DNA of 64,000 nucleotides, taken from the NCBI GenBank assembly GCA_028826165.1, contig JAPDFW010000065.1:372001-436000 (forward strand). Direction: 5' to 3'. Source of the stretch: Anaeramoeba ignava BMAN (lineage: Eukaryota; Protista; Anaeramoebae). A program made the translations under genes and the position numbers. The notes under the pieces are model-generated. The model had not been told where the DNA came from. It worked only from the letters and a program-made list of their open reading frames with translations, and did not search any database. Below, one piece after another: positions 1 to 11,413 of the stretch (positions are counted from its first letter, which is position 1; the number at the start of each line of letters is the position of its first letter).

Positions 1-124
1 CAATAATTTCTTGATTTTGAAAAAATTCATCTGAATGAATATAACCTGGTGAGAAAATTGAAATTACCCGAATTATTATAAAAAATTTATAAAGAAATCT
101 TCCAATTTTCATATTCAAGAACAT
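1..124 (-). CDS. PIGZ: GPI mannosyltransferase 4 (PIG-Z/Smp3), 5' part; runs off window
   Basis: Manual translation from ATG at 124: MFLNMKIGRFLYKFFIIIRVISIFSPGYIHSDEFFQNQEII; GYIHxDEFFQxxE is the N-terminal PIG-Z/Smp3 motif. Confidence 0.75.
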   Translation of the reverse strand, partial: MFLNMKIGRFLYKFFIIIRVISIFSPGYIHSDEFFQNQEII

Positions 125-164
125 TTCAAAAATGAAATGAAAAAAAATGAAAACAAAATAAAAA

Positions 165-1145
165 ATTTAAATAAAGAATAATAAATAATTAAATTTGAAA
201 TTAATTTTATTTTATATTTTATCAACTTTTCTTTATTTAAAATAATCTAAAATTATTCCCAAAAATTAAATAAATTTGATAAAATATTTTAATTAAATTT
301 ATTTCAAAATTTAAATAAAGAATAATAAATAATTAACTTTGAAATTAATTTTAATTTATATTTTATCAATTTTCTTTATTTAAATTAATCTAAAATTATT
401 CTTAAAAATTAAATAAAATTAATAAAATATTTTAATAAATTTGTTTCAAAATTTAAATAAACAATAATAAATAATTAAATTTGAAATTAATTTTAATTTT
501 ATATTTTATTAACTTTTCTTTATTTAAAATAATCTAAAATTATTCCCAAAAATTAAATAAATTTGATAAAATATTTTAATAAATTTGTTTCAAAATTTAA
601 ATAAAGAATAATAAATAATTAACTTTGAAATTAATTTTAATTTTATATTTTATTAACTTTTCTTTATTTAAAATAATATAAAATTATTCCCAATAATTAA
701 ATAAAATTAATAAAATATTTTAATAAATTTATTTCAAAATTTAAATAAACAATAATAAAATAATTAACTTTGAAATTAATTTTATTTTATATTTTATCAA
801 CTTTTCTTTTATTTAAAATAATCTAAAATTATTCCCAAAAATTAAATAAATTTAATAAAATATCTTAATAAATTTGTTTCAAAATTTAAATAAAAATAAT
901 AATTAATTAAATTTGAAATTAATTTTATTTTATATTTTATCAACTTTTCTTTATTTAAAATAATCTAAAATTATTCCCAAAAATTAAATAAAATTAATAA
1001 AATATTTTAATAAATTTGTTTCAAAATTTAAATAAAAACAATAATAATTAATTAAATTTGAAATTAATTTTAATTTATATTTTATTAATAATTTCTTTAT
1101 TTAAATTAATCTAAAATTATTCCCAATAATTAAATAAAATTGAAA
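165..1145. repeat. Minisatellite A, ~144-bp unit, ~7 copies
   Basis: Anchor AAATAAA(G/C)AATAAT recurs at ~176, 320, 462, 606, 750, 894, 1039. Confidence 0.9.
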
Positions 1146-1648
1146 AGAAATTGAAATATTTTAATAAAGATAAAAATTGAAATTTAATAATTTTTAACTT
1201 GGATTTAATTTAAATTAAATTTATTTTAAATTGAATTAATATTTTTATTTATTAAATTAATATTTTTGATTATTTATTATTTCAATTTTAATTATAATAA
1301 AATATATTGAAAATAAATTTTTAAATTGGAAAATTGTTTTGTTTTAAATATTTCTTGATTTAATGAATTTTTAATAATAAATTATAATTGAATTCTTTAT
1401 TAATTCATCTAATAATAAAGAATATAAATTTAATTATTATTAATTTCTATTTTCAATTTTTATTTTGGTTTATTAACTTCAAAACATAATTTCTTCCTAT
1501 TTAATCATATTTTTAATAATATTTTTAATTTAAAATTAAATTATTTAAAATTGGATTTGTTTTTTATTTATTAATTTGAATAATTTTATTTAATTAAAAG
1601 TAAATTAAAATTGAATTGAATTTTGAAAGAAAAAATGAAAAATAATTT

Positions 1649-3488
1649 TTAAATGAAATAAGTTTCAATTTCATCAACTGTCCATTCATTATTAGAACCA
1701 GCTAAATAACTTTGATCTGCATTTGAATTTGGTTCAATTCCTTTAGGATTAGTATATTTGTAACCACAACTTGTTACAAAAGGTGAAAAATCAGAATTTA
1801 ACCAAATTCCTCCACTTCTTCCAAAACATGGACCTCTATCTAAACTATAATAAATTGCAAATTGTTCTTGTCCTTGTTTGATTGGAAATTTCTCTGGTTT
1901 TCTATTTCCTTTATTATTTCTTAATGAAAAGAGGAATGCATTTGAATCCTGTATATCTCCCCGAACTTTCTTTCTATCTTCATTTCTCCATTTTGATTTA
2001 TCAGTTGTAAATCCAACTTGAGTAAATCCTCCAAAAATATAATTTTCTTTTGTTTTGATAATAATTAATGTTTTTCCTTTATTATCACAAATTGAATGCC
2101 ATTTATTACAATCAAATCCATCTTTTTTTGTTGAAAATCCTTTTTTCATTTTAGAAAAAAATTCATTATCATTTATCCATTCTTTTAATTTCTTAAGATA
2201 TTCAATATCTTTGATAATTTCTGAATCTGAAAAAATATTCAATAATTTCTTTTCATTTTGATTTGATTTCTTAATTGATAATTTAAGATTTTGTATTTCC
2301 TTATCTTTTTGTTTGAGAATATTATCTTTCTTCTCATTTTCTGATTTTAGATTTTGAATATCTTTTTGTTTTTTCACATTTTCTAATTTTAAATTTTGAT
2401 TTTCTTTTATTGAATTCTCAATTTCCTTTGCTTTTTTTTCATTTTCTAATTTTAGATTTTGAATATTTTTCTTTATTATCAATTTCCTCTTTTTGGATTT
2501 GATTTTCTGATTCAAATGATTTGATTTTTTTTATCTTCTTTTTAATTTTCTTTTCATTTTCTTTAATTTTTGTTTGATTTTCTTGATCTTGAATTTGAAA
2601 AATAGTTTTTTGAATATCAACTAAAAAAGATTTAGGAAGAAAAAAATCAAATTGTTTTAATTTATAAAAATCTTGTTTTGGAATTGAATCTTTATCAAAT
2701 AATGAAAAAAAAGAATGAAATAATCTTTTCTTTTCAATTTCTTTTTCTTTCTTTCCTTTTAATCTTTGATTTCTTTTTTCAATCCAATTATTTAAAAATT
2801 GAAAAAAATCAAATTGAAAAATTTCTTTTTTTTCTTGTTTAAATTGAATAAATTTGATAATTTCTTCTTTAGTTAAATTGAATAAATTCTCATTATTCTG
2901 AATTTGGGAAAAATTTTGATTTATTAATTCAAAACATTTTATTTCAATTTCATTTGAATTCAAATTTCGATTTTGGAATAAAAATAGGAAAAAATTTGAA
3001 TAATTAATTGAATTTAAAATTTTTTTTTGAATAAATTCTTTCAATAAATTTAATTTAAAATAAATTGAAATTTCCAATAATTGAATAAGATTTTCTTGAT
3101 TCTCAAAAGAAATATTTCCATAATAAATATAACTCAAAATTGATTCCATTTCTTTTTTATTAAATTGATTTAAAGAAATAGAAAGAGATTCTTGCCTTAA
3201 AAACTTATTAAAAAAAGGAGATCTTGAAGATAAAATTGATTTATGAACTTTAATTTCAAAAGGATTTGATTTATTCTCAACAAAAATTGAAAAATCTTTA
3301 AATGAATTTTCTTTTAAAAGGTTTGAATAATCTTCAATTAAATTTTTTGTTACTTTTTTTTCTAAATTTTTCATTTCATTTGCATTTTCATTTTGATTTG
3401 CATTTTCAATTTGATTTTCATTTTCATTTTGATTTTCAATTTGATTTTCATTTTCAATTTGGTTATTATTATTATTATTATTATCCAT
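1649..3488 (-). CDS. BTB-coiled coil-TLDc protein (BTB type A, TLDc type alpha); one frameshift near 2465
   Basis: ORF 2439-3488 has BTB (DFSIFV..VHKSILSSRSPFF); ORF 1649-2515 has TLDc (WHSICDNKGKTLIIIKT..IFGGFT..AFLFSL..GPCFG..VDEIETY); join in an A-run restored by comparison with paralogue 20311. Confidence 0.85.
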
Positions 3489-3658
3489 TTTGTTTTTTGT
3501 TTTTGTTTTTTGTTTTTTGTTTTTTTGTTGTTTATTAAAAAAAAAGGAAAAAAATGAATTTTTTAATTTTCCGAATTTTTATTTAATTTTTTTATTTTAA
3601 TTTAAATTTAAATCTTTTTTCCTTTTTAGATTTTTTTGTTTTTGCTTTTTTTTTTAAA

Positions 3659-5452
3659 TTAAATGAAATAAGTTTCAATTTCATCAACTGTCCAATCTGA
3701 ATAAGAACCAGCTAAATAACTTTTTGCTTCATTTGTATCATGTTTTAATCCATTTGGAAGTTTATATGTTGCTCCAAAATCTGTATGTCCTTTATGTAAA
3801 TCACTCGAAATAAGAATATCAGTACAATATTGATTTCTATGATCACCAAATCTTGGACCATTACTTGAAACGTAACGAATTGCATAATCTTCACGATTTT
3901 CTTGAATTTCAAATTTTTGAGGTAAATCATTTTTTGGATTTTTTAAACTGAAAATAAATGCATTTGAATCTTTAATATATCGATTTGAACCTGATTTAAA
4001 TCCAACTTGAGTAAATCCTCCAAAAATATAATTATCTGTTGTTTTGATAATAATTAATGTTTTTCCTTTATTATCACAAATTGAATGCCATTTATTTCCT
4101 GTAAATCCATCTTTTTTTGCTGAAAATCCTTTTTTCATTTTAGAAAAAAATTCATTATCATTTATCCATTCTTGTAATTTTAGAACATATTCAATTTCTT
4201 GAATTATTGAATCTGGAAACATATTCAATAATTTCTTTTCATTTTGATTTGATTTCTCAATTGATAATTTAAGATTTTGTATTTCTTCATCTTTTTGTTT
4301 GAGAATATTATCTTTCTTCTCATTTTCTGATTTTAGATTTTGAATATCTTTTTTTTGTTTCTCAATTTCTTGTTTTTGTTTTTGATTTTCAGATTTGAAA
4401 GATGAAATTTTTTTGTCTCTTCTTTGGATCTTCTTGTCTCTCCTTTGAATTTTCTTTTCTTGTTTCTTATTTGCCCGAATCATTTTTTTTGGGATTTTCT
4501 TTTCTTTATTATCAATTTCTTCTTTTTGGATTTGATTTTCTTTTTGATTATCTTGAATAACTTTGTTTTGAATATCAACTAAAAAAGAATTGGGAAGAAA
4601 AAAATCAAATTGTTTTAATTTATAAAAATCTTGTTTTGGAATTGAATCTTTATCAAATAATGAAAAAAAAGAATGAAATAATCTTTTCTTTTCTTTTTCT
4701 TTTTCTTTCTTTCCTTTTAATCTTTCATTTCTTTTTTCAATCCAATTATTTAAAAATTGAAAAAAATCAAATTGAAAAATTTCTTTTTTTTCTTGTTTAA
4801 ATTGAATAAATTTGATAATTTCTTCTTTAGTTAAATTGAATAAGTTCTCATTATTCTGAATTTGGGAAAAATTTTGATTTATTAATTCAAAACATTTTAT
4901 TTCAATTTCATTTGAATTTAAATTTCGATTTTGGAATAAAAATTGGAAAAAATTTGAATAATTAATTGAATTTAAAATTTTTTTTTGAATAAATTCTTTC
5001 AATAAATTTAATTTAAAATAAATTGAAATTTCTAATAATTGGATAAGATTTTCTTGATTCTCAAAAGAAATATTTCCATAATAAATATAACTCAAAATTG
5101 ATTCCATTTCTTTTTTATTAAATTGATTTAAAAAAATTTTATCAATCTCATTTCGTTCTTTTAAAAACTTATTAAAAAAAGGAGATCTCGAAGATAAAAT
5201 TGATTTATGAACTTTAATTTCAAAAGGATTTGATTTATTCTCAACAAAAATTGAAAAATCTTTAAATGAATTTTCTTTTAAAAGGTTTGAATAATCTTTA
5301 ATTAAATTTTTTGTTACTTTTTTTTCTAAATTTTTCATTTCATTTTCATTTTCATTTTGATTTGCATTTTCAATTTGATTTTCATTTTGATTTTCAATTT
5401 GATTTTGATTTTGATTTGCATTTTCAATTTGGTTATTATTATTATTATCCAT
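3659..5452 (-). CDS. BTB-coiled coil-TLDc protein (BTB A, TLDc beta), intact 597 aa
   Basis: Single ORF with BTB, K/E/Q-rich coiled coil and TLDc motifs. Confidence 0.92.
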   Translation of the reverse strand: MDNNNNNQIENANQNQNQIENQNENQIENANQNENENEMKNLEKKVTKNLIKDYSNLLKENSFKDFSIFVENKSNPFEIKVHKSILSSRSPFFNKFLKERNEIDKIFLNQFNKKEMESILSYIYYGNISFENQENLIQLLEISIYFKLNLLKEFIQKKILNSINYSNFFQFLFQNRNLNSNEIEIKCFELINQNFSQIQNNENLFNLTKEEIIKFIQFKQEKKEIFQFDFFQFLNNWIEKRNERLKGKKEKEKEKKRLFHSFFSLFDKDSIPKQDFYKLKQFDFFLPNSFLVDIQNKVIQDNQKENQIQKEEIDNKEKKIPKKMIRANKKQEKKIQRRDKKIQRRDKKISSFKSENQKQKQEIEKQKKDIQNLKSENEKKDNILKQKDEEIQNLKLSIEKSNQNEKKLLNMFPDSIIQEIEYVLKLQEWINDNEFFSKMKKGFSAKKDGFTGNKWHSICDNKGKTLIIIKTTDNYIFGGFTQVGFKSGSNRYIKDSNAFIFSLKNPKNDLPQKFEIQENREDYAIRYVSSNGPRFGDHRNQYCTDILISSDLHKGHTDFGATYKLPNGLKHDTNEAKSYLAGSYSDWTVDEIETYFI

Positions 5453-5557
5453 TTTGTTTTTTGTTTTTGTTTTTTGTGTTTTTGTTTTTTAAAAAAAAAG
5501 GAAAAAAAATGAAAAAAATGAAAAATTTTAAATTCATTTTTTTTTTGTTGTTTAAAA
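5453..5557. promoter_or_regulatory. 105-bp bidirectional promoter with TTCATTTT initiator-like motifs on each strand
   Basis: AAAATGAA at ~5505-5522 (minus gene) and TTCATTTT at ~5533 (plus gene). Confidence 0.55.
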
Positions 5558-7641
5558 ATGGAACAAGATTTAAAACAAAAATTTATTAATCATTCTCAAC
5601 AACATCTTTTTGATTTTTTTAATGAATTAAATGAAGAAGAAAAAAAAAATTTTATTTCTCAATTAAAACAAATTGATTTTGAAGAAATAGATCGGATTTT
5701 TGAAACTTTTTCAGAAAATACACAAAGTAAATTTAATCAGAAAAGTTTTTACATTTGGAAAAAAAAAAGAAATTAAAAAAAATATATAAAAAAAAAATGG
5801 TAAATTTGACTTGAAAAAAATTTTAATTGAAAATTTTTTTTTTGATTAAATTTTTATTAAAAGAAAATATTCAATCACTTCAAAATCTTTTGGAACCAAT
5901 TCCAAATATTGAGAAAGTTTCAACTATGAGTTTAAAAAGACAACAAGATTTATTTGATTTGGGTTTAAAAGCTATTCAAAAAGGTGAAGTTTGTTGTATT
6001 GCTCTTGCTGGTGGTCAAGTAAATCAACATTAAAATGAACTTAGAAATTAAAATTATAATTAAATTTGAATTTGAATTTGAAATTAAATTTAAAATTCAT
6101 TTTGAAATTAAAATTAAAATTAAAATTCATTTTGAAATTAAAATTAAAATTAAAATTCATTTTGAAATTAAAATTAAAATTAAAATTCATTTTGAAATTA
6201 AAATTAAAATCAAAAATTAAAATTGAAATTAAAATTAAAATTAAAATTCATTTTGAAATTAAAATTAAAAAATTGAAATTAAAATTAAAATTAAAATTAA
6301 AATTAAAATTAAAATTAAAATTAAAATTAAAATTAAAATTAAAATTAAAATTAAAATTGAAATTAAAATTCATTTTGAAATTAAAATTAAAATTGAAATT
6401 AAAATTAAAATTAAAATTCATTTATAAAATTCATTTTGAAATTAAAATTAAAATTCATTTATAAAATTCATTTATAAAATTCATTTATAAAATTCATTTA
6501 TAAAATTCATTTATAAAATTCATTTTGAAATTAAAAGGGAACAAGACTCGGATTTGATCACCCAAAAGGAACATTAAATATCGAAATGCCATCACAAAAA
6601 AGTTTATTTGAAATGCAAGCAGAACAACTTTTAAAACTACAATCAATGGCGAAAAAAGAAGAAGCAAAAACACCAACAATTCCATGGTACATTTTAACAA
6701 GCGATTCAACACACGAAGAAACAGTGAAATTTTTTGAAGAAAATTCCCATTTCGGAATTGGAAAGGAAAACATCACATTTTTCGAACAAGGAAAACTACC
6801 AGGATTTAATTCATTAGAAGAGAAAAAAATAATATTAACAAACAAAGGAGAAATATCATTTTCACCCAACGGAAATGGGGGTATTTATAAAGCAATCAAA
6901 GACTCAGGAGTTCTTGAAAAAATGTCAAGAAAAAACATCAAATATATTCATGTTTATTCGGTTGATAATTGCCTTATCAAAATGGCAGATCCTGTTTTCA
7001 CAGGTTATTGTATTGAGGAAAAAGCAGAATGTGGAGCAAAAGTGGTCGCCAAACTTCATGCAAATGAACGTGTTGGAGTTCTTTGCAACAAAGAAGAACA
7101 TGTTCATGTTATTGAATATTCAGAAATTGGCAAGGAAAAATCTGAAATGAAGGATAAAAATGGCGATTTACTATTTAATTCTGCAAATATTTGCAACCAT
7201 TTATTCACGTTTGATTTTCTTAAGAAAATTTGTCTTGATTACTACTCAAAAATGCCTTATCATAAGGTTCAACGAATGGTTAATGGATTGAAAGACGGAA
7301 TTATTCAGCCATTTATTGCAATTAAATTTGAACAGTTTATTTTTGATGTTTTTCCGTTTGCAAAAAGTTTTGCTGTTTTGCAAGTTGAAAGAGAAAATGA
7401 ATTTTCCCCAATTAAAAACAAAACTGGAAATGATTCAATCGAAACTGCAAAAATTGCCATCTCCTCTTTGAATACAAAATTGGTTCAACAAGCTGGTGGT
7501 TTTATCGACTCTTCAAATTCAAATTTATTCGAGATTTCTCCTCTTGTTTCTTATAATGGAGAAAATTTACAAAATTTTGTTAAAGGAAAAACGTTCAAAC
7601 TTCCTTTTTATTTAAATTTAGATGCAATTCAACAAAATTAA
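5558..7641 (+). CDS. UAP1: UDP-N-acetylglucosamine pyrophosphorylase; exons 5558-5726, 5864-6018, 6538-7641
   Basis: Spliced LAGGQ|GTRLG..PKG, SPNGNGG, SVDN, EYSE, KFEQFIFDVF, EFSPIKN; both introns GTAAAT..AAAG and phase-compatible. Confidence 0.95.
6035..6530. repeat. (TAAAAT)n / TTCATTTATAAAA microsatellite filling UAP1 intron 2
   Basis: Direct inspection. Confidence 0.9.
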
Positions 7642-7779
7642 TTCTAAAAAAAAAAAGTGGAACAAAATTGAACAAAATTAAACTAAATTCATTCTTTTTT
7701 TTTCTTTAAAATTTTTTTTTTTCTCATTTCATAAATTTTCATTTTTTTTCTTTTTTCTTTTTTAATTAAAATAATCGAA

Positions 7780-9444
7780 ATGGATCCTATAATTCAAAAA
7801 CTCCAATCAAATGATTCAAATTTTATTAAATCAATTTTTATTCTTTCTCAAGTTAATCAAGAAAAAATCAACTTAATTTCACTTTCTTTAAAAAATAATC
7901 AAGTTCTAAAAGACTTGACAATACAAGAAATTAGCGTTAAATATTTCCATTTCATTTCAAAAGCTGTTGAAAAAAACAAATCAATAAAAAAACTCAATAT
8001 TTCACACAATAATTTTGGAGAAAAAGGCGCAAATGATATCAAAAAAATCATAGAAAATAACAAAGAAATTATTGAACTAAATATTGGATTCAATTCATTT
8101 GAAACAAAATCAATTGAAATTATTTGTGAAGGATTAAAACAAAATTCGACTTTGAAGAAAATCGATTTTTCTTACAATTCAATTGATGATGAAGGAATCA
8201 AATGCATTTCAGAAACGCTGAAAATCAACCAAAATTTAACATCAATAAATCTTAAAGGAAATTCAATGAAGGAAATGGGATTGAAATATTTATCTGAATG
8301 TTTGTGCTTGAATTCAACTCTGACTGAGTTGGATATTTCATATAATAAAACTGAAGGGAATTTTTTGGCAGATTTCCTCGATTCTCTTTCGCAGAATTCT
8401 GTTTTGCAAAGACTGAATATTGGATCAAATCAAATTCATCCAAAAGAAGGAAAAATAATTGGAGAAAAATTAATCAATATTAAATCACTTACTCATCTCG
8501 ATATCTCCAAAAATGAGATTGAAGACATTGCAATTGTTTCCATATCGGAATCTTTGCAAAAAACCCGCAATATAACACACTTGAATATTGCAAACACATC
8601 ATACACTCAAATGGGATTGGATCATCTTATTCAAATGCTGAAGAAAAATTTATTTATCCAAAATATTCAATTGACCCAAAGTGATCCATATGTGAAATAT
8701 AAGCTCTCAATAAATAAGCAATTCAACGACCCCTTTATTCAAGACATGGCAAGACTGTTTGAAAGAAGAGAACTCTGTGATATTGAGATCACAACCAAAA
8801 CAGGTTGCATCTCAGTTCACAAGAGTATTATGCTCTCCAGAATCGGAGAACATTGTCTCAAAAGATTGTCGCTAATATCCTATAAATACCCCAAAAATGA
8901 AGTTTACAATCTTCTTTTCTGGATATATACAGGCTTTGTTCCTGATGAGTCTTTAGTTCAATCTTTTTCTGACATTCTAAACGAGATTGAATATCAAGTT
9001 TCCAAATTTGAAAAAAAATCAAAAAAAAATGGATTAAAAAAAGATTTCAAAAAATTATATAAAAATTTCATCCCAAATGATTTTTCTATCGTTTTGGAAA
9101 CAGGAAAAGAGATCAAATGCCACAAATCGATTCTGATTGCAAGGAGCGACTTGTTTAGAGGAATGCTCATTAACGTAATTGATCCCTCAAATAAAGTTCA
9201 TGAATATCGGAATTCTTCTTTTTCTTCTATCAAATCTATTATTAAATATTTTTATTTGGATAAACTTAAACATGATATTTCTTTTCAGGCTCGAAAGGAA
9301 TTGGATGATGCTGCTGAATTCTATCAAATGTATTCAGATCTCAATTTTAATAAACTTTTGAAAAAATTTGATTTAAAAAATTTATCAAAAAAAAAGCAAA
9401 ATCGAAAAAATCTAAAAAGGAAAAAAGATTTAAAATTAAATTAA
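7780..9444 (+). CDS. Ribonuclease-inhibitor-type LRR protein with two C-terminal BTB domains
   Basis: 28-aa LxxLxLxxNxI repeats, then DIEI..VHKSIMLSR and DFSI..CHKSILIARSDLF BTB motifs. Confidence 0.88.
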   Translation: MDPIIQKLQSNDSNFIKSIFILSQVNQEKINLISLSLKNNQVLKDLTIQEISVKYFHFISKAVEKNKSIKKLNISHNNFGEKGANDIKKIIENNKEIIELNIGFNSFETKSIEIICEGLKQNSTLKKIDFSYNSIDDEGIKCISETLKINQNLTSINLKGNSMKEMGLKYLSECLCLNSTLTELDISYNKTEGNFLADFLDSLSQNSVLQRLNIGSNQIHPKEGKIIGEKLINIKSLTHLDISKNEIEDIAIVSISESLQKTRNITHLNIANTSYTQMGLDHLIQMLKKNLFIQNIQLTQSDPYVKYKLSINKQFNDPFIQDMARLFERRELCDIEITTKTGCISVHKSIMLSRIGEHCLKRLSLISYKYPKNEVYNLLFWIYTGFVPDESLVQSFSDILNEIEYQVSKFEKKSKKNGLKKDFKKLYKNFIPNDFSIVLETGKEIKCHKSILIARSDLFRGMLINVIDPSNKVHEYRNSSFSSIKSIIKYFYLDKLKHDISFQARKELDDAAEFYQMYSDLNFNKLLKKFDLKNLSKKKQNRKNLKRKKDLKLN

Positions 9445-9578
9445 ATATAAAAATTAAATAAAAATTCGGAAAATTAAAAAATTCATTTTTTTCCTTTTTT
9501 TTTAATAAACAAAAACACAAAACAAAAAACAAAAAACAAAAACACAAAACAAAAAACAAAACAAAAACACAAAACAAA

Positions 9579-11214
9579 ATGGATAATAATAATAATAACC
9601 AAATTGAAATTGAAAATGAAAACAAAATTGAAAATGAAAATGAAAATGATAAAATTTTTAATCAAAAATTACTTCAAGATTATCAAAAATTAATGCAAAA
9701 TAAAAATGAATCAGATTTTGTAATAAAAACAGGAAAAGATTCTTTTGAATTTTATTCTCATAAATTAATTTTAATTTCTCGTTCTCCTTATTTTTCTCTT
9801 CTTTTAAAAGAAAAAAATATAAATCAAATTTCATTTCCTCAATTTAAAAAAGAAAATATGGAACAAATTTTAAAATATATTTATTCAAGTCAAATTGAAA
9901 TTAAAAAAGAAAATTTAATTGATTTATTAATAATTTCAAATAAATTCCAATTAAATTTACTTTATAATTATATTGAAAATCAAATTATTAAAATTATTAA
10001 TGAAGAAAATGTTTTTAATATTTTATTATCAAATCGAAAAATTAAATCAATAAAATTAGAAAAAGAATGTTTTAATTTTATTAATAATAATCTTTCTAAA
10101 ATAAATCAAATAAAAATTAATCAAATATTAAATCAAAAACAAATTAAAATATTAATTAATCAAATAATTGAAAAACAAACAGAAATTGGAATTGAAATTT
10201 TTAATATTATTAATAATTTCCAAAATCAAATTCAAAATAAAAAAGAAAAAAAGAAAATTATTAAAGAATTTGAAAAAATAATTCTAAATAAAAACATCAA
10301 AAAAGAAGATTTAAACAAAATCCAAAAATTATCATTTCATTCAAAATTATTTCTTACTTTTATTCAAAACCAAGAAATTGATCAAAAAAACAAAGAAATT
10401 GATCAAAAAAAACAAAGAAAATCAAGAACAAAAACAAGAAAATGAAAAACAAAAGCAAGAAATTAATCAAAAAAATAAAGAAAATCAAGAACAAAAACAA
10501 GAAAATGAAAAACAAAAGCAAGAAATTAATCAAAAAAATCAAGAAATTAATCAAATCAAACTAATTTATGAAGAAATGAAATCAATTTACGAAGAAAATA
10601 AATCAATTTATGAAGAAATGAAATCAAAATATGAAGAAAAGTTACAAAAAGCATTTTCAGATTCAGAAATTATCAAAGAAATTGAAATGATGAAGAAATT
10701 AAAAGAATGGATAAATGATGAATTCTTTTATAAAATGAAAAAAGGATTTTCAACAAAAAAAGATGGATTTACAGGAAATCAATGGCATTCAATTTGTGAT
10801 AATAAAGGAAAAACATTAATTATTATCAAAACAACAGATAATTATATTTTTGGAGGATTTACTCAAGTTGGATTTATTTCAGGTTCAGATCGATATATTA
10901 AAGATTCAAATGCATTTATTTTCAGTTTAAAAAATCCAAAAAATAATTTACCTCAAAAATTTGAAATTCAAGAAAATCGTGAAGATTATGCAATTAATTA
11001 TGATTCAAGTTATGGTCCAAGATTTGGTGATTATCATGGTCAATATAATACTGATATTCTTATTCAGAGTGATTTACATAAAGGAAGAACAGATTTTGGA
11101 GCAACATATAAACTTCCAAATGGATTAAAACATAAAACAGATGAAGCAAAAAGTTATTTAGCTGGTTCTTATTCAGATTGGAAAGTTGATGAACTTGAAA
11201 CTTATTTTATTTAA
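9579..11214 (+). CDS. BTB-coiled coil-TLDc protein (BTB B, TLDc beta); +1 frameshift in an A-run near 10410
   Basis: ORFs 9579-10445 (BTB: SDFVI..SHKLILISRSPYF) and 10378-11214 (TLDc); 8 A versus 7 A in the adjacent repeat copy. Confidence 0.87.
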
Positions 11215-11413
11215 TTTAAAAAAAAAAAGCAAAAACAAAGATGAGTAATTAAAAAGAAAAAATTATTAAAAATTATTAAAGATGATTTTTTTTTATTTTT
11301 TTTTATTTTTTAATTAATTATGCCCCCAAACCATTTTTCATTTTGTGGGCAAATTCAAAAAATTTAAATAAAAATTTAAATAAATAAAAAAAAAAAAATA
11401 AAAATAAAAACAA

